A stretch of DNA of 64,000 nt from Mobula hypostoma (taxonomy: Eukaryota), in assembly GCF_963921235.1 (NCBI RefSeq), contig NC_086107.1, positions 112,780,001-112,844,000 on the forward strand. The letters are read 5' to 3'. Positions 36,599-50,650 of this stretch are shown in pieces. The notes below the pieces were generated by a model. That model did not search any database. It saw nothing but the letters and a program-made list of their open reading frames with translations, and had not been told where the DNA came from. Numbering within the stretch: position 1 is the first letter of the stretch; every line of letters begins with the position of its first letter. The translations under genes and the position numbers were made by a program.

Positions 36599-38239
36599 CT
36601 ATACGGTGGGGTGGGGGGGTGGGGAAGCAGAGATGAGGAGAGTAAAAATGAGAGAGCCCAAAGAGAAACAGACAGAAGTGGAGGGGAAAAAGTCAAAAGA
36701 GAAGTCAGTTACTAGGCTGGAGCCGATATGTCTACACATCATACCCAGCAGTTTCCCCTCCCCTCTGGGAAATCACATCAACAAAAATGGCTGAAATGCT
36801 TCCACTTTAAAATTCTTGCCCTCACTTTCAAGTCTTTCTATGTCCTCCCATGCCTCCCTTCCTGCAACTGAGTGATTCAGATCTCTCTGCTCCAGCAATC
36901 ATCCTTTTGATCATCGCGGAATTTAACTGCTCTTACTGCTGCCTCCTTGAGCTACTCTCTGAAATTCTCTCCCTGAACGTCTCCTTCCTCAAGGTGTCCT
37001 TAAAACCCGCAGCTTTTGCTTACCCATGATTCCCTTACCTGAAACGCTATCATATGTAATGCTCCCATGGGGTGCTTTGATAAGCTTTTGCCGCATTAAG
37101 GGTCCTACATAAAGAGAAGCCACTGTTATTGATGATTTTACGTGATGACCATAGGACCCGGGGGCAGAATCAGGCCATTTGGCCTATCATGTTTTCTCCA
37201 CCATTCCATCATGACTGACTTAATGTCTCTCTCAACCCCTTTCTCCTACCTTCTCCCTGTAACCTTTGACATTCTTACAAATCAAGAACCTATCAACCTC
37301 TGCTTTAAATATGCCCAATTTCTTAGCTTCCACAGCTGTTTGTGGCAATGAATTCCAGATTCACCGCCCTCTGGTTAAAAAATTTCCTCATCTCTGCAGT
37401 TTGTGTGTGTATAACATGACATTGTGAGTGATGATAAACCCAATTCTGACATATGGGTCTCTGTTGTGGACAGAGAGTGCGAAGGGGGCAGGGAGAGGGG
37501 AACCATGGATGGGACAAGGGGAAGGAATGGGAAGCACCAGAGAGACATTCTGCAATGATCAATAAACCACAATTGTTTGGAATCAAATGACTTTGCCTGG
37601 TGTCTCAAGATTGGATGCGCCTGCATCTGCTCCACCAACCTCTGGCACTCCTCCTCTGCCACCTGTCCCACACCCCTCCCTCAGCACTCCTCTTTCCCCA
37701 ACATCCGTTGCTCCTGGCAGCAGATTTACAAGCTTACACTCAGCTCCACTGACAAATACAGTGCTTTGCAAAGGACTTAGGCACCCCATATGTACTGCAA
37801 GCTTAGACTAAGAGTCGGTCTTGGGCAATTCTAGTTTGTGTGCCTCATCTACAAAACTTCCAACTATTTAGGAAATAAATAGGCGATGGAGGGGAAAGAA
37901 CAGTGAGGGTTAGTAATGAGTAAATAGGGATGTGGTTTGTGCTAACGTGGTAACCAGGAACCGTAGACAAAGCTTCTAAGTGGAGACCTAGAATGCAGTA
38001 GTGATGATGTCCAAGGTTCAGGAGTTTCATTGATTACGTAATAGAGTGCACCCAATGTTTTAATAGAAAATTGGATTTACTGTTAGACCTGTGGACAATC
38101 ATTTTACTTTGTAGTCAGGACCTTGTCCATTACTTAAAGTCTTCCTGTAGCCACCATTCTGTTATCAAAAGATAATTTTACTGGTAATCTTGTCAACTGA
38201 ATGTAAAAGCTCTATTTGTGTGATGTAGTTCTTATATGA

Positions 38240-39180
38240 AAATGTAGATGAGTGGGTTAGTAAGTTGCAAATGATATCAAGAGTGGTGGAGTTGTGGATA
38301 GTGTAGAAGACTGGCAAAGATTCAACATGATGTAGACCAGTTGCAGATATGGGCAAAGAAATGGCAGATGTAGTTCAACCCAGATAAATGGAAGGTGTTG
38401 CACCCTGGGAGGGCAAATGCAAGGAGACAGTACAGTGTTGCTGAGCAGAGAGATCTTGGGGTCTAAGTTCATAGCTCCATCAAAGTGGCTACACGGGTAA
38501 ATGGGGTGGTTAACGCAGCTTATGGAATGCTTGCTTTTATTAATCGAGACATTGAGTTAAAAAATCAAGAGATTATGTTGCAACTTTATAGAACTCTGGT
38601 TAGGGCGCGTCTGAGTATTGCAAACAGTTTTGGTTACCCCACTGTAGGAAGGATATTGAGGCTTTGGAGAGGGTGCAGAAGAGGTTTACCAGGATGCTGC
38701 CTGGTTTAGAGGGCATGTGCTATCATGAGAAGCTGGACAAACTTGAGTTGTTTTCTTTGGCGTGGCGGAGATCTGATAGAGGTTTATAAGATTATGAGAG
38801 GCAGAGACAGAGTAGACAGGGAGTATCTGTTTCCCAGGGTAGAAATGTCTAATACCAAAGGGCATGCATTGAAGGTGAAACGGGGGTAGGTTCAAAGGGG
38901 ATGTGAGGGGTAATTTATTTAAAAATTTACTTATGTATTTTTTTTTACTCAGAGTGGTGACCGTTACAGTGGTAGAGGCAAATACATAAGAGGCTTTTAA
39001 GACACATTTATATAGGCACATGGATGTGAGGAAGACAGAGGGATATGGACGTGGTGTAGGCAGGAGGGGTTAGTTTTTGGGAATTTTTGATTTACTTTTT
39101 TAGCTGGTTTGGCACTACACCGTGGATCGAAGGGCCTGTTCCTGTCCTGTCCTGAACTGTTCCATGTTCTATGTTCTAAC
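38240..39180 (+). mobile_element. Degraded CR1 LINE 3' fragment
   Basis: AYGMLAFINR...QLYRTLVR; 3' tail ttccatgttctatgttct. Confidence 0.85.
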
Positions 39181-41022
39181 CTGCAGGGATATGCATCTTG
39201 AATAAAAGAAATTGCAGTCAAAACTTGTTGTTAGCCTGTACATTACTAAGGTGTAAGACGAAGAATATTTCTCTCCTCGGGTGAATGAGGAAGCAAAGAC
39301 CAAAGCCTGAAAGTGTCCAGACTGAAAGAGGTCCGTGGGTCTGAGCATAAAAGCTGTTTCAAAGTGTCTGCTCCAGAGCAGAGCTGATTCCTTCTGTGCT
39401 CTGTAATTTACTCAAAGTTACATTAAGTTTTTATTAGAAAACCCAAATAGGAAAGGTGAAGGTCGATATTTTCTCAGCATTGCACTATAATTGAGGTCTC
39501 TCACAGGAACAGGGCCAGGCCATTCGGCCCTTACAGCTACTTTACATTCCAATGTCATGGCTGATCTGCGACCCAGCTTCGCCCAACTGCCATTTGCTTC
39601 TGCTTACCGCATCATTTTGAAGTTATTACCAAAATCTCATCCAACGGTCATAACCGCAAACAACAGTCGATAATGCATTGGAATTTGTTAGGTTTAGCTG
39701 TGTGTGGACAGGTTCCCATCTGCATAGGCAGCAAGCACTACCAACAACATACCACTTCTCAAGTACGGGTCATTCAGCTGTAAAATGGTAGTTAAGTCCC
39801 TAAAAAAAAAATCTTCTGTTATAGAAAGTCACCTTATGACAGAGCAGGCTGCAATTGCCTACGGAGCACAGATTTAAACGGGTTTTCCTGATCCCGGAGA
39901 GCTATGTTGGCTGGAGTCAGGGCTTCTTGCTTTAGTTCTACCTACGGTCACCCATGCCAAACAAGTCAAAGGGTTCTGATATGCTGAAGGAAATCCTGAA
40001 CACCACCAGAAATGAAGGATCTTCCTTGCTGCCCTAAATGACCAGTGGCATAATAGGGTGTAAGTAACCAGCACTGTGTCGTCTGAGTACCGTACCTTAT
40101 TCATATTGAATTGACTTTATTTCCTACATCCTTAAATACGTGAGGAGTAAAAATCTTTACGTTGTGCAAATTAGTTATTTGTAATAAATAGCTCATACAG
40201 TAAGTATACAACAGAACAGTTAATACAGATTAGAAATACAGTTGTGTCAGCATGAATTAATCAGTCTGACGGCCTGGTGGAAGAAGCTGTCCCGGAGTCT
40301 GTTGGTCCTGGCTTTAATGCTGCGGTACTGTTTCCCGGAGTTAACAGCTGGAACAGTTTGGGGTTGGGGTGACTCGGGTCCCCAATGATCCTGGATACTG
40401 TCTGGTTTAGAAAGCATGTAGGCTGAGTGAGCTGGGGCTTTCCTCTTTGGAGAGGAGGACGACGAGAGGAGAGTTACTACAGATGTACACAAAGCATAGA
40501 TCAAGTGGACAGCCAGATAATTTTTCCCAGGGTGGAAACAGTCAATACAAGGAGACACAACTATCAAGGGGGTGCAAGAAAAGTATGGGGAGGGCTTCAG
40601 AGGCAAGCTCTTTATAAAAACAACACATTGGAATGTGCTGTCAGGGATTGTGTAGAGACAGAAACATTAGGGACATTTAAGAGACTCTTAGATAAGCACA
40701 AAGATGAAAGTAAAATGGAAAGCTACATAGGAGGGAAGGGCCAGATTGATCTTGTAGCAGTAGGTTAAAGGGTCAGAACAACACTGTGGGCTGAAGGGCC
40801 TGCACTGTACAGTTGTACGTTTTATCTTTTAATCCATCAATTGAATTATAACAAATTTACATTAAGAAAACACAGGTTCTTACAGAACTACCTGCCCTTG
40901 GGCCACAGACACCAGCCTAAAGCATTCATTAGAACACATGCAAATACTACTCCATTATATATAGACCCTGTATGCAGCAACAGGAAACAGAAATGAAATG
41001 AGGGCGCTGGTGTTTTACATAC

Positions 41023-41254
41023 CAGAACATCAGTGCTGGCAATGGAGCTGAGCTTCAGGTACTCCACAGCCCGCTGCTGTAGCTCCACGTCAGAGTTCCG
41101 GAGCTGGCTGTCACTGCGCAGCACATCCTGGATGGTGGCCTTGGTCTCGGGGAAGAGGTTGACAAACTTGATGTACGAGGAGAGCAGAAGGGCACGAGTT
41201 GGCACACTGCACAAGTGGAACTTGGAATGAAGCAAGTTGAACTGAACCAAGGGG
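41023..41254 (-). CDS. AP2A1: AP-2 alpha exon (~13), [26 protein letters not shown]...ASTDVL
   Basis: tttcag / gtatgt; 232 nt, phase 2-0; ORF 40888..41379. Confidence 0.97.
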
Positions 41255-41324
41255 CTGAAAGATCGGGAAAGAAAGGGGAGAGAATAAATTAAATACGTCA
41301 CAATAATCATACACAGTGACTTAG

Positions 41325-41718
41325 ACATCGATTTCTTGAACTTCTGGTAACTGCCCCTCTTCTCCTTCACCATTCCCATTTCCCCTTACTCACCTTATCT
41401 CCTTATCTGCCCATTACCTCCCTCGAGTGCTCCTCCCCTTTCCTTTATTTCATGGCCTTCTGTCCTCTCCCATCAGATTCCCCCTTCTCCAGCCCTTTAT
41501 CTCTTTCACCAATCAACTTCCCAGCTCTTTACCTCACCCCTACCTCAGTTTCACCTGTCACCTTGTACTACTTCTTCCCCTCCCCCCACCTTCTTATTCT
41601 GACTTCTCGTCTCTTTTTTCCAGACCTGATGAAGCGTCTCAGCCCGAAATCCTGACTGTTTACTCTTTTCATAAATGCGGCCTGGCCTGCTGAGATCCTC
41701 CAGCATTTTGTGTGTGTC
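41325..41718 (+). mobile_element. Penelope-like element 3' end (family 1)
   Basis: Same CT-rich UTR and terminal motif as 20803-21292; degenerate hammerhead at 41621-41658. Confidence 0.8.
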
Positions 41719-42157
41719 ACAGTGACGAGTCTGGAAAGGACTTGCTGGTGAACTATACATCTCTGACACCTTGAACGTCTTCACCCTTGACAAGGCCTTG
41801 ACCAAGAGCACGTGTTTCCCAAATTGTGGACCACCAGTCTCAAAACTCCTCCACCATTCAGAATTGAAAATAAAGTGCTGTCCCTTTGTGGTCACTGGGG
41901 TAAAGTCCTGGAATTCCCTAGCCAAAAGGGACTGAGGTTGCTCAAGGTGACAGCATCCTGCCACCTTCAAGGAGCTAACTTGTGAATGGGCCAGATAGGG
42001 TGATATGGTGGCACAGTAGTCCGTGTAATGCTACTACAGCGCCAGCGACCCGGGTTCAAATCCGCCACTGTCTGTAAGGAGTTTGCACATTCTCCCCGTG
42101 ACCACGTGGGTTTCCTCGGGTATTCCAGTCTCCTCCCACTGTCCAAAGATGTACGGC

Positions 42158-44097
42158 TCTGGGCCTCTACTCACTGGAATCAAGAAAAATGAGGGGTGAC
42201 CCCACTGAAATCTATTGAATGTTGAAAGGCCTCGATAGAGTGCATGCGGAGAGGGGGTTTCCTACGGTGGGAGAGTCTAAGACCAGAGGACACTGCATGG
42301 AACGGAGATGAGGATGAATTTCTTCGGGTACATAAGTGTAAAAGAGGCGAGGGAGGACACTGGACTGTTGGAAAATGATGCTGGAGAGGTAGTAATGGGC
42401 AACAACGAAATGGTGGATGAACTGAATAAGTATTTTGCATCAGTCTTCACTGTGGAAGATGCTAGCAGTATGGTGGAAGTTCCAGGTGTCAGGGGGCATG
42501 AAGTGTGTGAAGTTACCATAGATAGAAGGTTCTTGGGAAACTGAAAGGTCTGAAGGTAGATAAGTCACCTGGACCAGATGATGTACACCCCAGGGTTCTG
42601 AAAGAGGTGGCTGAAGAGATCGTGGAGGCATTAGTAACGATCTTTCAATAATCACTAGATTCTGGAATGGTTCCAGAAGACTGGAAAATTGCAAATGTCA
42701 CTCCATTCTTCCAGAAGGGAAAAAGACAGAAGAAAGGAAACTATAGGCCGGATAGTCTGACCTCTGTGGTTGGAATAATGTTGGGAGTTGATTATTAAGG
42801 ATGGAATCTCAGGGTACTTAGAGGCACATGATAAAATAGGCCGCAGTCAGCGCTGTTTCCTCAAGGGAAAATTTTGCCCAACAAATCTGTTAGAACAAGC
42901 GGGATAGACAAAGGAGAATCGGTTGATACTGTGCAATTGGATTTTCAGAAGTGCCACACATGAGACCGCTTAACAAACTACGAGCCGATGGTGTTACAGG
43001 AAAGATTCTAGCATGAATAAAGCAGTAGCTGATTGGCAGGAGGCAAATAGTGGGAATAAAGGGGGCCTTTTCTGGTTGGCTGCTGGTGACTAGTGGTGTT
43101 CCACAGGGGTCTGCACTGGGACAGCTTCTTTTTCACGTTATATGCCAATGATTTGGATGATGGAATTAATAACTTTGTTGCAAAGTTTGTAGATGATATG
43201 AAGATAGTTAAGAGGCAGGTAGTTTTGAGGAAGTAGAGAGGCTACAGAAGGACTCAGACAGATTAGGAGAACAGGCAAGGAAGTGGCCGATGGAATACAG
43301 TGTCGGGAAGTGCATGGTCATGCACTTTGGTAGAAGAAATTAAAGGGTTGACTATTTTCTAGATGGAGAGAAAACACAAGAACTGAGACATAAAGGGACT
43401 TGGGAATCCTTGCGCAGGATTTCCTAAAAGTTAATTTGCAGGTCGAGTCTGTGGTGAGAAAGGCAAATACATATGTTAGCATTTATTTCAAGAGGACTAG
43501 AATATCAAAAGCTAGGATGTAATACTGAAACTTTATAAAACACTGGTGAGGCCTCACTTGGAGTATTGCGAGCAAGTCTGGGCCCCTTATCTTGGAAAGG
43601 ATGTGCTAAAACTGGATGGTTCAAGGGAGGTTCACAAAAATGATTCCAGGATTGAACGGCTTGTCCGAAAAGAGCATCTGATTGCTCCAGCCCTGTATTC
43701 ACTAGAATTCAGAAGAATGAGGGGTGACCTCATTGAAATCTATCAAATTAGGCAAGGCCTCAATAGAGTGCATGTGGACAGGACACTTCCTTTGGTGGGA
43801 GAGTTTAAGACCAGAGGACACAGCCTCAGAACAGGGGAGTCTTTTTAGAATGGAGACGAGGGGGAGTTTCTTTAGCCAGAGGGTGGTGAATCTGTGGAAT
43901 TCTTTGCCATAGGCAACTGTGGATGGCCAAGTCATTGGGTATATTTAAGGCAAAGGTTGATAGATTCTTGATTTGTCAGGGCATGAAGGGATATGCGGAG
44001 AGGCGGGAGATTAGGGCAGAGGGGTAAAATAGATCAGCCATGATGAAATGGCGATGGGCCAAATGACTTAATTCTGCTCCTATATCTTATGGCATTT
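42158..44097 (+). mobile_element. Degraded CR1 LINE sequence (composite) nested in a SINE
   Basis: ELNKYFASVFT, KSPGPD, RPHLEYC, YSLEFRRMRGD and FFSQRVVNLWNSLP remnants plus CR1 3' end. Confidence 0.9.
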
Positions 44098-47000
44098 TAG
44101 ATTAGTAGGTTAATTGGTCACATGGGTGTAACTGGGTAGTGCAGGCTCTTAGGTTTGGAGGGGTCTGTTACCGTCCTGTGTCTCTAAAATAAAAAATAAA
44201 TAAGCTGCTAGCAACTGCCATAAGCACAAAATGATGTTATAAAAATCAGAATGGTATGGCAAAGAAACGAGTCCTTCAGCCCAGCATATCTATGCCAACC
44301 TTTATGTCTACCTAGAGAATTGGAATTTGGTATTATTGTCAGATGTACTGAGATACAGTGAAAAGTTTGTCTTGCTTACTGTTCATACAGATCAGATCAT
44401 TACACAGTGCATTGAGGTAGAACAAGGTAAAACAATAACAATGCAGACACTAGAGTCTGTAGATACTGAAATCTGGAGCAACACTCAAAATGGTGTGAGG
44501 AACCCAGCAGATCAGGCAGCATCTATGCAAGGAAATGGACTGAAGAAGGGTCTCGTCCTGAAAACTCGATGGTCTATTTCCCTTTGTCGATATTGCCTAA
44601 TCTACTAAGTTCCTCTAGCATTTTGGAGAATTTTGCCGATCTTCATAAGTCTTATTTCAAAGGGCATGTGGTTGTGCATTTGACGGGTAAATGTGCAAGG
44701 CAGCTGGAGTGACAGTAATCCCAGGACTCAGTCAGGGGTAGCTGATCGAGAAGCGATCGCTAGGAAGTGTTAAAGGGCCACTGCACATATTATTCCCACA
44801 GGATGCATTTGCCAGGGGTGAGGTCAGCTCGATCATGGGCACTAGCCTCCCCAACATCCAGAACATCTTCCAGGGAGTGATGCCTCAATAAACATGGCCA
44901 CCATCATGAAAGACGCTCATCACCCAGGCCATACCCGTCTCTTCTCATTGCTACCAGCAGGGAGAAGGTGCAGAAGCCTGAAGGAACACACTCAACAATT
45001 CAGGAACAGCCTCTTCCCTTCTGCCATCAGATTTCTGAATGGACATTGAACCTGTGAACATTGCTTCACTACTTCCCCTCCCACTTTGTGCAATACTTAT
45101 TTAACTTAACTTTTTTAATATATATATTGACTGTAATTCAGTTTTTGTTATGAATTGCATTGTACTGTTGCCGCTGAACAACAAATTTCACAAAATTAAA
45201 TCGTTCACGATCGAAGAAGGGTTCTGCCTGATACACAGGACAATGGGAACTGGCACTACAGCATCAACATAGTAACACTGGACCAGAACTTTCTGTTAAT
45301 CAGACCATAAGACATGGGAGCACAATTAGGCCATTTGGCCTATCAGGTGTGCTCCGCATTCTAGCATGACTGATTTATTACCCATCTCAGCCCCATTCTC
45401 CTGCCTTCTCCCTGTAACCTTTGACACCCTTACTAATCAAGAATCTCTCAATCTCCGCTTTAAATATACCCAATGACTTGGCCTCCACAGCCAAGTTCAC
45501 CTACGATCTCTTTCTGTTTCATAGGTGAACATGTATACTGGGTGAGGACAAAACGCCACCAATGTCTCTCTAGGTGCTGTGTAAAGCAACACAATATTAT
45601 CACAATCGTTAATTAGCCACTCCTCCAACAGGACCACAACCTCGTCACTGGGTTTGGAGGCTTGTGTGCCTCAATGACCCAGAGAGCTATGCTGGCTGGA
45701 GTCAGAGCTTTGTGCTTTGACTCTTGGTGGGGTCACCCATGCCAAACAGGTCAAAGGGTAGAGGCCAGACTAAGAGTGGAGCATCCGTCCCCCAGTTCTG
45801 GGGGTTCAGCTCAGGGCTAACAACCCTGATAGGCAAAACAAAATTGTTACGGAAACGGCAATGAAGCACCCTTCTACATTGGAATGTGACAGTATTCCTG
45901 AGTCTCCACCCGGGACTTGCATGACCAACAGCAGTAAAAACCGAGAGGAAGCTACTGGCACGATGAAGAAATCAGAATCAGGTTTAATATCACGGGCACA
46001 CTCGTGAAATTTGTTGTCTTTGTGACAGCAGTATGTTGCAATACACAAGAGAAAAACTGAATTATCATATATTATATTTAATATATACAGTAAATATATA
46101 TATATATATATATAAAATAATTAAATTAAAAAGTAGTGCAAAAATAGAAATAAAAGAAAGTAGTGAGGTAGTGTTCATGGGTTCAATGTCAGAGGGGAAG
46201 AAGCTGTTCCTGAATCGCTGAGTGTGTGCCTTCAGGCTTCTGCACCTCCTTCCTGATGGTAGCAATGGGAAGAGGGCATGTCCTGGGTGATGGGGATCCT
46301 TAACGATAGACACCACCTTTTTGAGGCGTTGCTCCTTGAAGATGTCCTGGATACTACAGACATGCCCACAGTGCCCATGATGGAGCTGACCAAGTTTACA
46401 ACTCTGCAGTTTATTTTGATCCTGTGCAATAGCCCTCCCCTGCCCTCCATACCAGCTGGCGATGCAGCCAGTTAGAATGCTCTCTATTGTACACCAGTAG
46501 AAGCCCTGAACTAGAGATGGAGAACCTTCACTGCTGTCCTAAATGCCACCAGCGTAATGGGCAGCAAGTTAGTTAGCCAATATAAACTGAAATAGGGAAA
46601 AATCTAAACAACTTGCACGTCAGCCATTACACTCCTTGTGTGGTGATCACTGGCGATAGGAAAAAAACCAATTGCTCCGTGATGTTGTGGCAATAGGCTT
46701 CCCACATAAAAACAAAAACAGTGATGTGGGGAAACAAAATATAGATGAGTCACCATCACTAGAGAAATTTTGCAGCATGTACCCTTGTTCACAATAAGGA
46801 GAAAGAGATGCAAAATAATTGACTGCCAAAGTGGAAACCAGAGTGGACAATCTAGCTATGGGACACAGATCATGACTTGGGTTTGGAAGCAAAGCACCGC
46901 AGATGCTGGAAATCTGAAATAAAAACAAAAACTCACGACAGAAACTCGAGAGAAGTAAGAGCACTTAAGATAATTTGAAGGGTAGTACTAACACCCCCAA

Positions 47001-48650
47001 GTCCTGTACAACAGCTGTGGCTCAGATGTACAAATCATTATTTTCATTTCAGAAAGCCATATCAACTATCAAAAATAATGGTATTTTTTGTTAACTTTTA
47101 TCTTTAAAAGATGGATTCTAACCTTTTTCTGGAAGCAACTGATCTAGAGCACCCATTTTCCCTCTCTCCTTTAGATGCTGCCTTCCATTCTATTGGGAAC
47201 GCTCCAGAACCTGGAGGCTTCATTAGTCGGGGGGTGGGGGGGGGATTGAATTCAAGAGCATGAAGTAAAGTTGCAGCTTTATAAAATGCTGGTTAGACCA
47301 CACTTGGAATACTGTGTTCAGTTCTGGTCGCCTCATTATAGGAAGGATGTGGAAGCTTTAGGGAGGGTGCAGAGATTTACCAGGATGCTGCCTGCATTAG
47401 AAAGCGTGTCTTATGAGGACAAGTTGAATGAGCTAGGGCTTTTCACTAAGGAGTGAGAGGTGGACTTGATAGAGGTGTATGAGATAATTAAGACGTATTG
47501 ATCACGTGAATAGCCAGATAAATTTTCCAAGGGCAAAAATGGCTAATAAAAAAGGGCATAATTTTTAAGATGGTTGGAGGAAGATACAAGGGGATGTCAG
47601 AGATGTTCTTTACACAAAATGTGGTGATATTTTATTTATTTTTTATTGAGATAAAGCATGGAACAGGCCTTTCCAGCCCTCTGAACCGCACTGCCCAGCA
47701 ATCCCACCATTTAATCCTAGCCTAATCAAGGGACAATTTACACTGACCGATTAACCTACTGTACATCTTTGGACTGTGGGAGGAAACCAGAGCATCCAAA
47801 GGAAACTCACTCATTCCACAGGAAGGACGTACTGACTTCTCAAAGGGGTCAGAATTGAAATCTAAACTCTCGACGCCTCGAGCTGCAATAGCATCGCGCT
47901 AACTGCTACACCACCGCGTGTGGGAGAGATTATACCTTTCATGCAAATCCAACCCGAGAAGTTAAAAGGAAATTCGTCTTTTTCCAATAAACATATCTAG
48001 CTTAAAACATGGTGGATACCATCATATTACAGAAAAAGTAAAATAGCAACTCAATTTGTACATAGTCCGAAAGGAAGGCAGATGTTCTTAGAGCTGGGGA
48101 CGAAGGGGATATTATTCTTTCAAATATGTCACACATTGTGCAGAATGAGACATACAACTCACCAGTAATGAGCAAGGTTTCTGGCACAGATACAGAAAGC
48201 GGGTCACAGAATTCAGTGAAGGAAACAATCAGCTTTTGACAGGATATTGACAACACTCTAATGATGACTTTATGCCAAGTCACAGTGCTGCAGAGAAACA
48301 GCAAGACAAGCCCTGGCTAACTTCAAAACAGTGCTAATAACCACATTCTCAGAAGGATATGCTCATCTTAATACAAGTGACTGGCCGGCTCTTTTAAACA
48401 CAAGAGATTCTGCAGATGCTGGAAATCCAGATCAACACATTTGCAAAATGCTGGAGGAACTCAGCAGGTCAGGCAGCATCCTGGAGTGGAATAAACAGTT
48501 GGCATTTAATATCAGGATGAACTGTCCTAATGGAGGGTCTTGGCTTGAAACATTGACATTTATTCCTCCCCACAGATGCTGCCTGACCTGCTGAGCTCCT
48601 CTGGCATTTTGTGTGTTACTCTGGCCATCTGCTTTACCTTGTTTGCTCAC

Positions 48651-48748
48651 CTGGATCGTGGATCACCAGCAATCAGATTTCCAAATTCTCCTAGAATATA
48701 TCCACCAACTTTCACCATGTTCTCATGACAGGCTGGGGCCTGGAGTGC
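48651..48748 (-). CDS. AP2A1: AP-2 alpha exon (~12), [32 protein letters not shown]
   Basis: tttttaag / gtgagc; 98 nt, phase 0-2; ENMVK is the AP2A1-type residue. Confidence 0.96.
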
Positions 48749-49114
48749 CTTAAAAACAAAATGCAAAGTAGATTAATATAGAAAGAATAGGAGGAGGCAG
48801 TTTTCAAAACACTCCTTCCCACTTTTACCAAATTTGGGACAGCACAATGGTACAATCGCAGAGCTATTGCCTCAACTTCTGCAGTCTGGGTTCAATTCTG
48901 ACCTCCAGTGCTGTCAATGTGGAGTTTGCATGATGCCCTCCCCAAAACGGATGCCCTCAGATTTCTGTGGGTGTCCTTCCCAAATGTAGGCACTCCCAAA
49001 TTTCCACGGCTGCTCTTCCCAAATGTGGGTACTCCCAGATTTATCCATCCCAGTTCCTTGGATGCCATGGGGTTTTAGATTTTCTGATCAGTCTGCCATG
49101 AAGGATTGCATGAA

Positions 49115-49493
49115 GATGGATAGGAAGGACAGATAGACAGATGGGTGGATAGGAAGGACAGATAGACAGATGGATGGATAGGAGGATAGATAGATGGATA
49201 GGAGGATAGATAGATGGATAGGAGGATAGATAGATGGATAGAAGGATAGATAGATAGGATAGATAGATAGAAGGATAGATAGATAGATGGAAGGATAGAT
49301 AGATGGAAGGATAGATAGATGGAAGGATAGATAGATGGAAGGATAGATAGATGGAAGGATAGATAGATGGAAGGATAGATAGATGGAAGGATAGATAGAT
49401 AGATGGATAGATAGATAGATGGATAGATAGATGGATGGAAGGATAGATGGATGGAAGGATAGATAGATAGAGTGTGTGTGTGTGTGTGTGTGT
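49115..49493. repeat. Compound (GATA/GGAT/GGAA)n microsatellite, ~16-bp higher-order unit GGAAGGATAGATAGAT, followed by (GT)n
   Basis: Direct reading. Confidence 0.97.
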
Positions 49494-49494
49494 G

Positions 49495-49690
49495 GAATGG
49501 GCCCTTCAACTACGCAGTTGTTGATGTTCATCTCTGGGAGTGCTCGTGTTTACAATAGGCCCTTTGCCCACATGTCTGGGTCCTGATTGGCACTGAGGCT
49601 GTCACTTCAACTGGTGATGAACCGTCTGCAAGCTCAGCATATACCACAACATCAGAAGCCTCAACCAGAGCTACCAATATTCACTACCAT
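49495..49690. mobile_element. Penelope-like family 2 remnant with an inverted terminal segment
   Basis: ctctgggagtgctcgtgttta is the reverse complement of 9605-9625; decayed hammerhead GCA-CTGAGGC-TGTCAC...GGTGAT-GAAC-CGTC-TGCA at 49590-49630. Confidence 0.65.
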
Positions 49691-50467
49691 CCATATTCAC
49701 TACTATAAACTACCAGGTTAATATACTTGATGTACCATAACACAAGCAATCAAATAATTGTGCAAAGTCTTAATATTAAAAATTATTTATGCAGCAAAAA
49801 GGGAAAATGTTAACTAATTTATTAACATAACACTTCCCAAGCCACTTTACATATTGTCTTGTAGACGGATGTTATAACATTTAGACAGAAAGCAGACTTC
49901 AGAAGATGAAGTTTATTGTCATCTGATTGTACACATATATAATCAAACAAAACAATGTTCCTCCGGACCATGATGCACACACAAAGCACATATCACACGT
50001 ACCTTAATAGACACTCCCTGAGTAGGAGTGGACTATGTTGAACCAGATCATTTTAGTCAAGTGTGACTGACTAGGCTGCAGCTGATTGCTTTTAGAAGTT
50101 AAATATAAGTAAAATTAGGAGGGGCCTAGTTCGATTTCCCTTTGTGATGTGGTCAATAATTACAGGCAGATTTAAAGTAGTTAGTTGAAATAATAGATGA
50201 GAGTTGAGGACTATTTTCCCACCACCTCAAGAGTGGTGGGGCATCTGGAATTCAGTGACTGAGAGAGTGTGAAGGCAGAAGCCCTTCTCATACATCTAGA
50301 TGGACACCCAAAGTGCCAAAACTTAAAAGCTAAGGACAAGGAATTAGGAGGAAGAGATGGTCTGAATTCATAAATATGACATGTATGATGTGGAAAATGG
50401 TTTATTTTGGTGTTACTAACAACTCAAAGTTGTTGATTTCTTTCAGAATTTCAGGTCAGATACTTAC

Positions 50468-50650
50468 CTCAAACACAGTCTTTGCGGCATAGCCTTGGAC
50501 GTCGTCACGGTTAATAACAATCTGAATAACTCGGTACCACACCTCCTCGCTGACATAGTCCCCTGCAATGCGGATGAGGTTCAGGATGGTGTCGACGTAC
50601 CATGTGTAATCCACGGCGTACTTTTCTGCTAGGATTGCCACCTTCAACAC
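50468..50650 (-). CDS. AP2A1: AP-2 alpha exon (~11), [20 protein letters not shown]...YAAKTVFE
   Basis: atcag / gtaagt; 183 nt, phase 0-0; ORF 50456..50668. Confidence 0.97.

Noticed and set aside
45632..45780. HDV-like ribozyme at the RTE-like 5' end
   Set aside because: I could not build a convincing nested double pseudoknot by eye; it needs a descriptor search.
49075..49531. 144 and 147 aa ORFs rich in SIYLSIYP
   Set aside because: Translation of a GATA/GGAT microsatellite.
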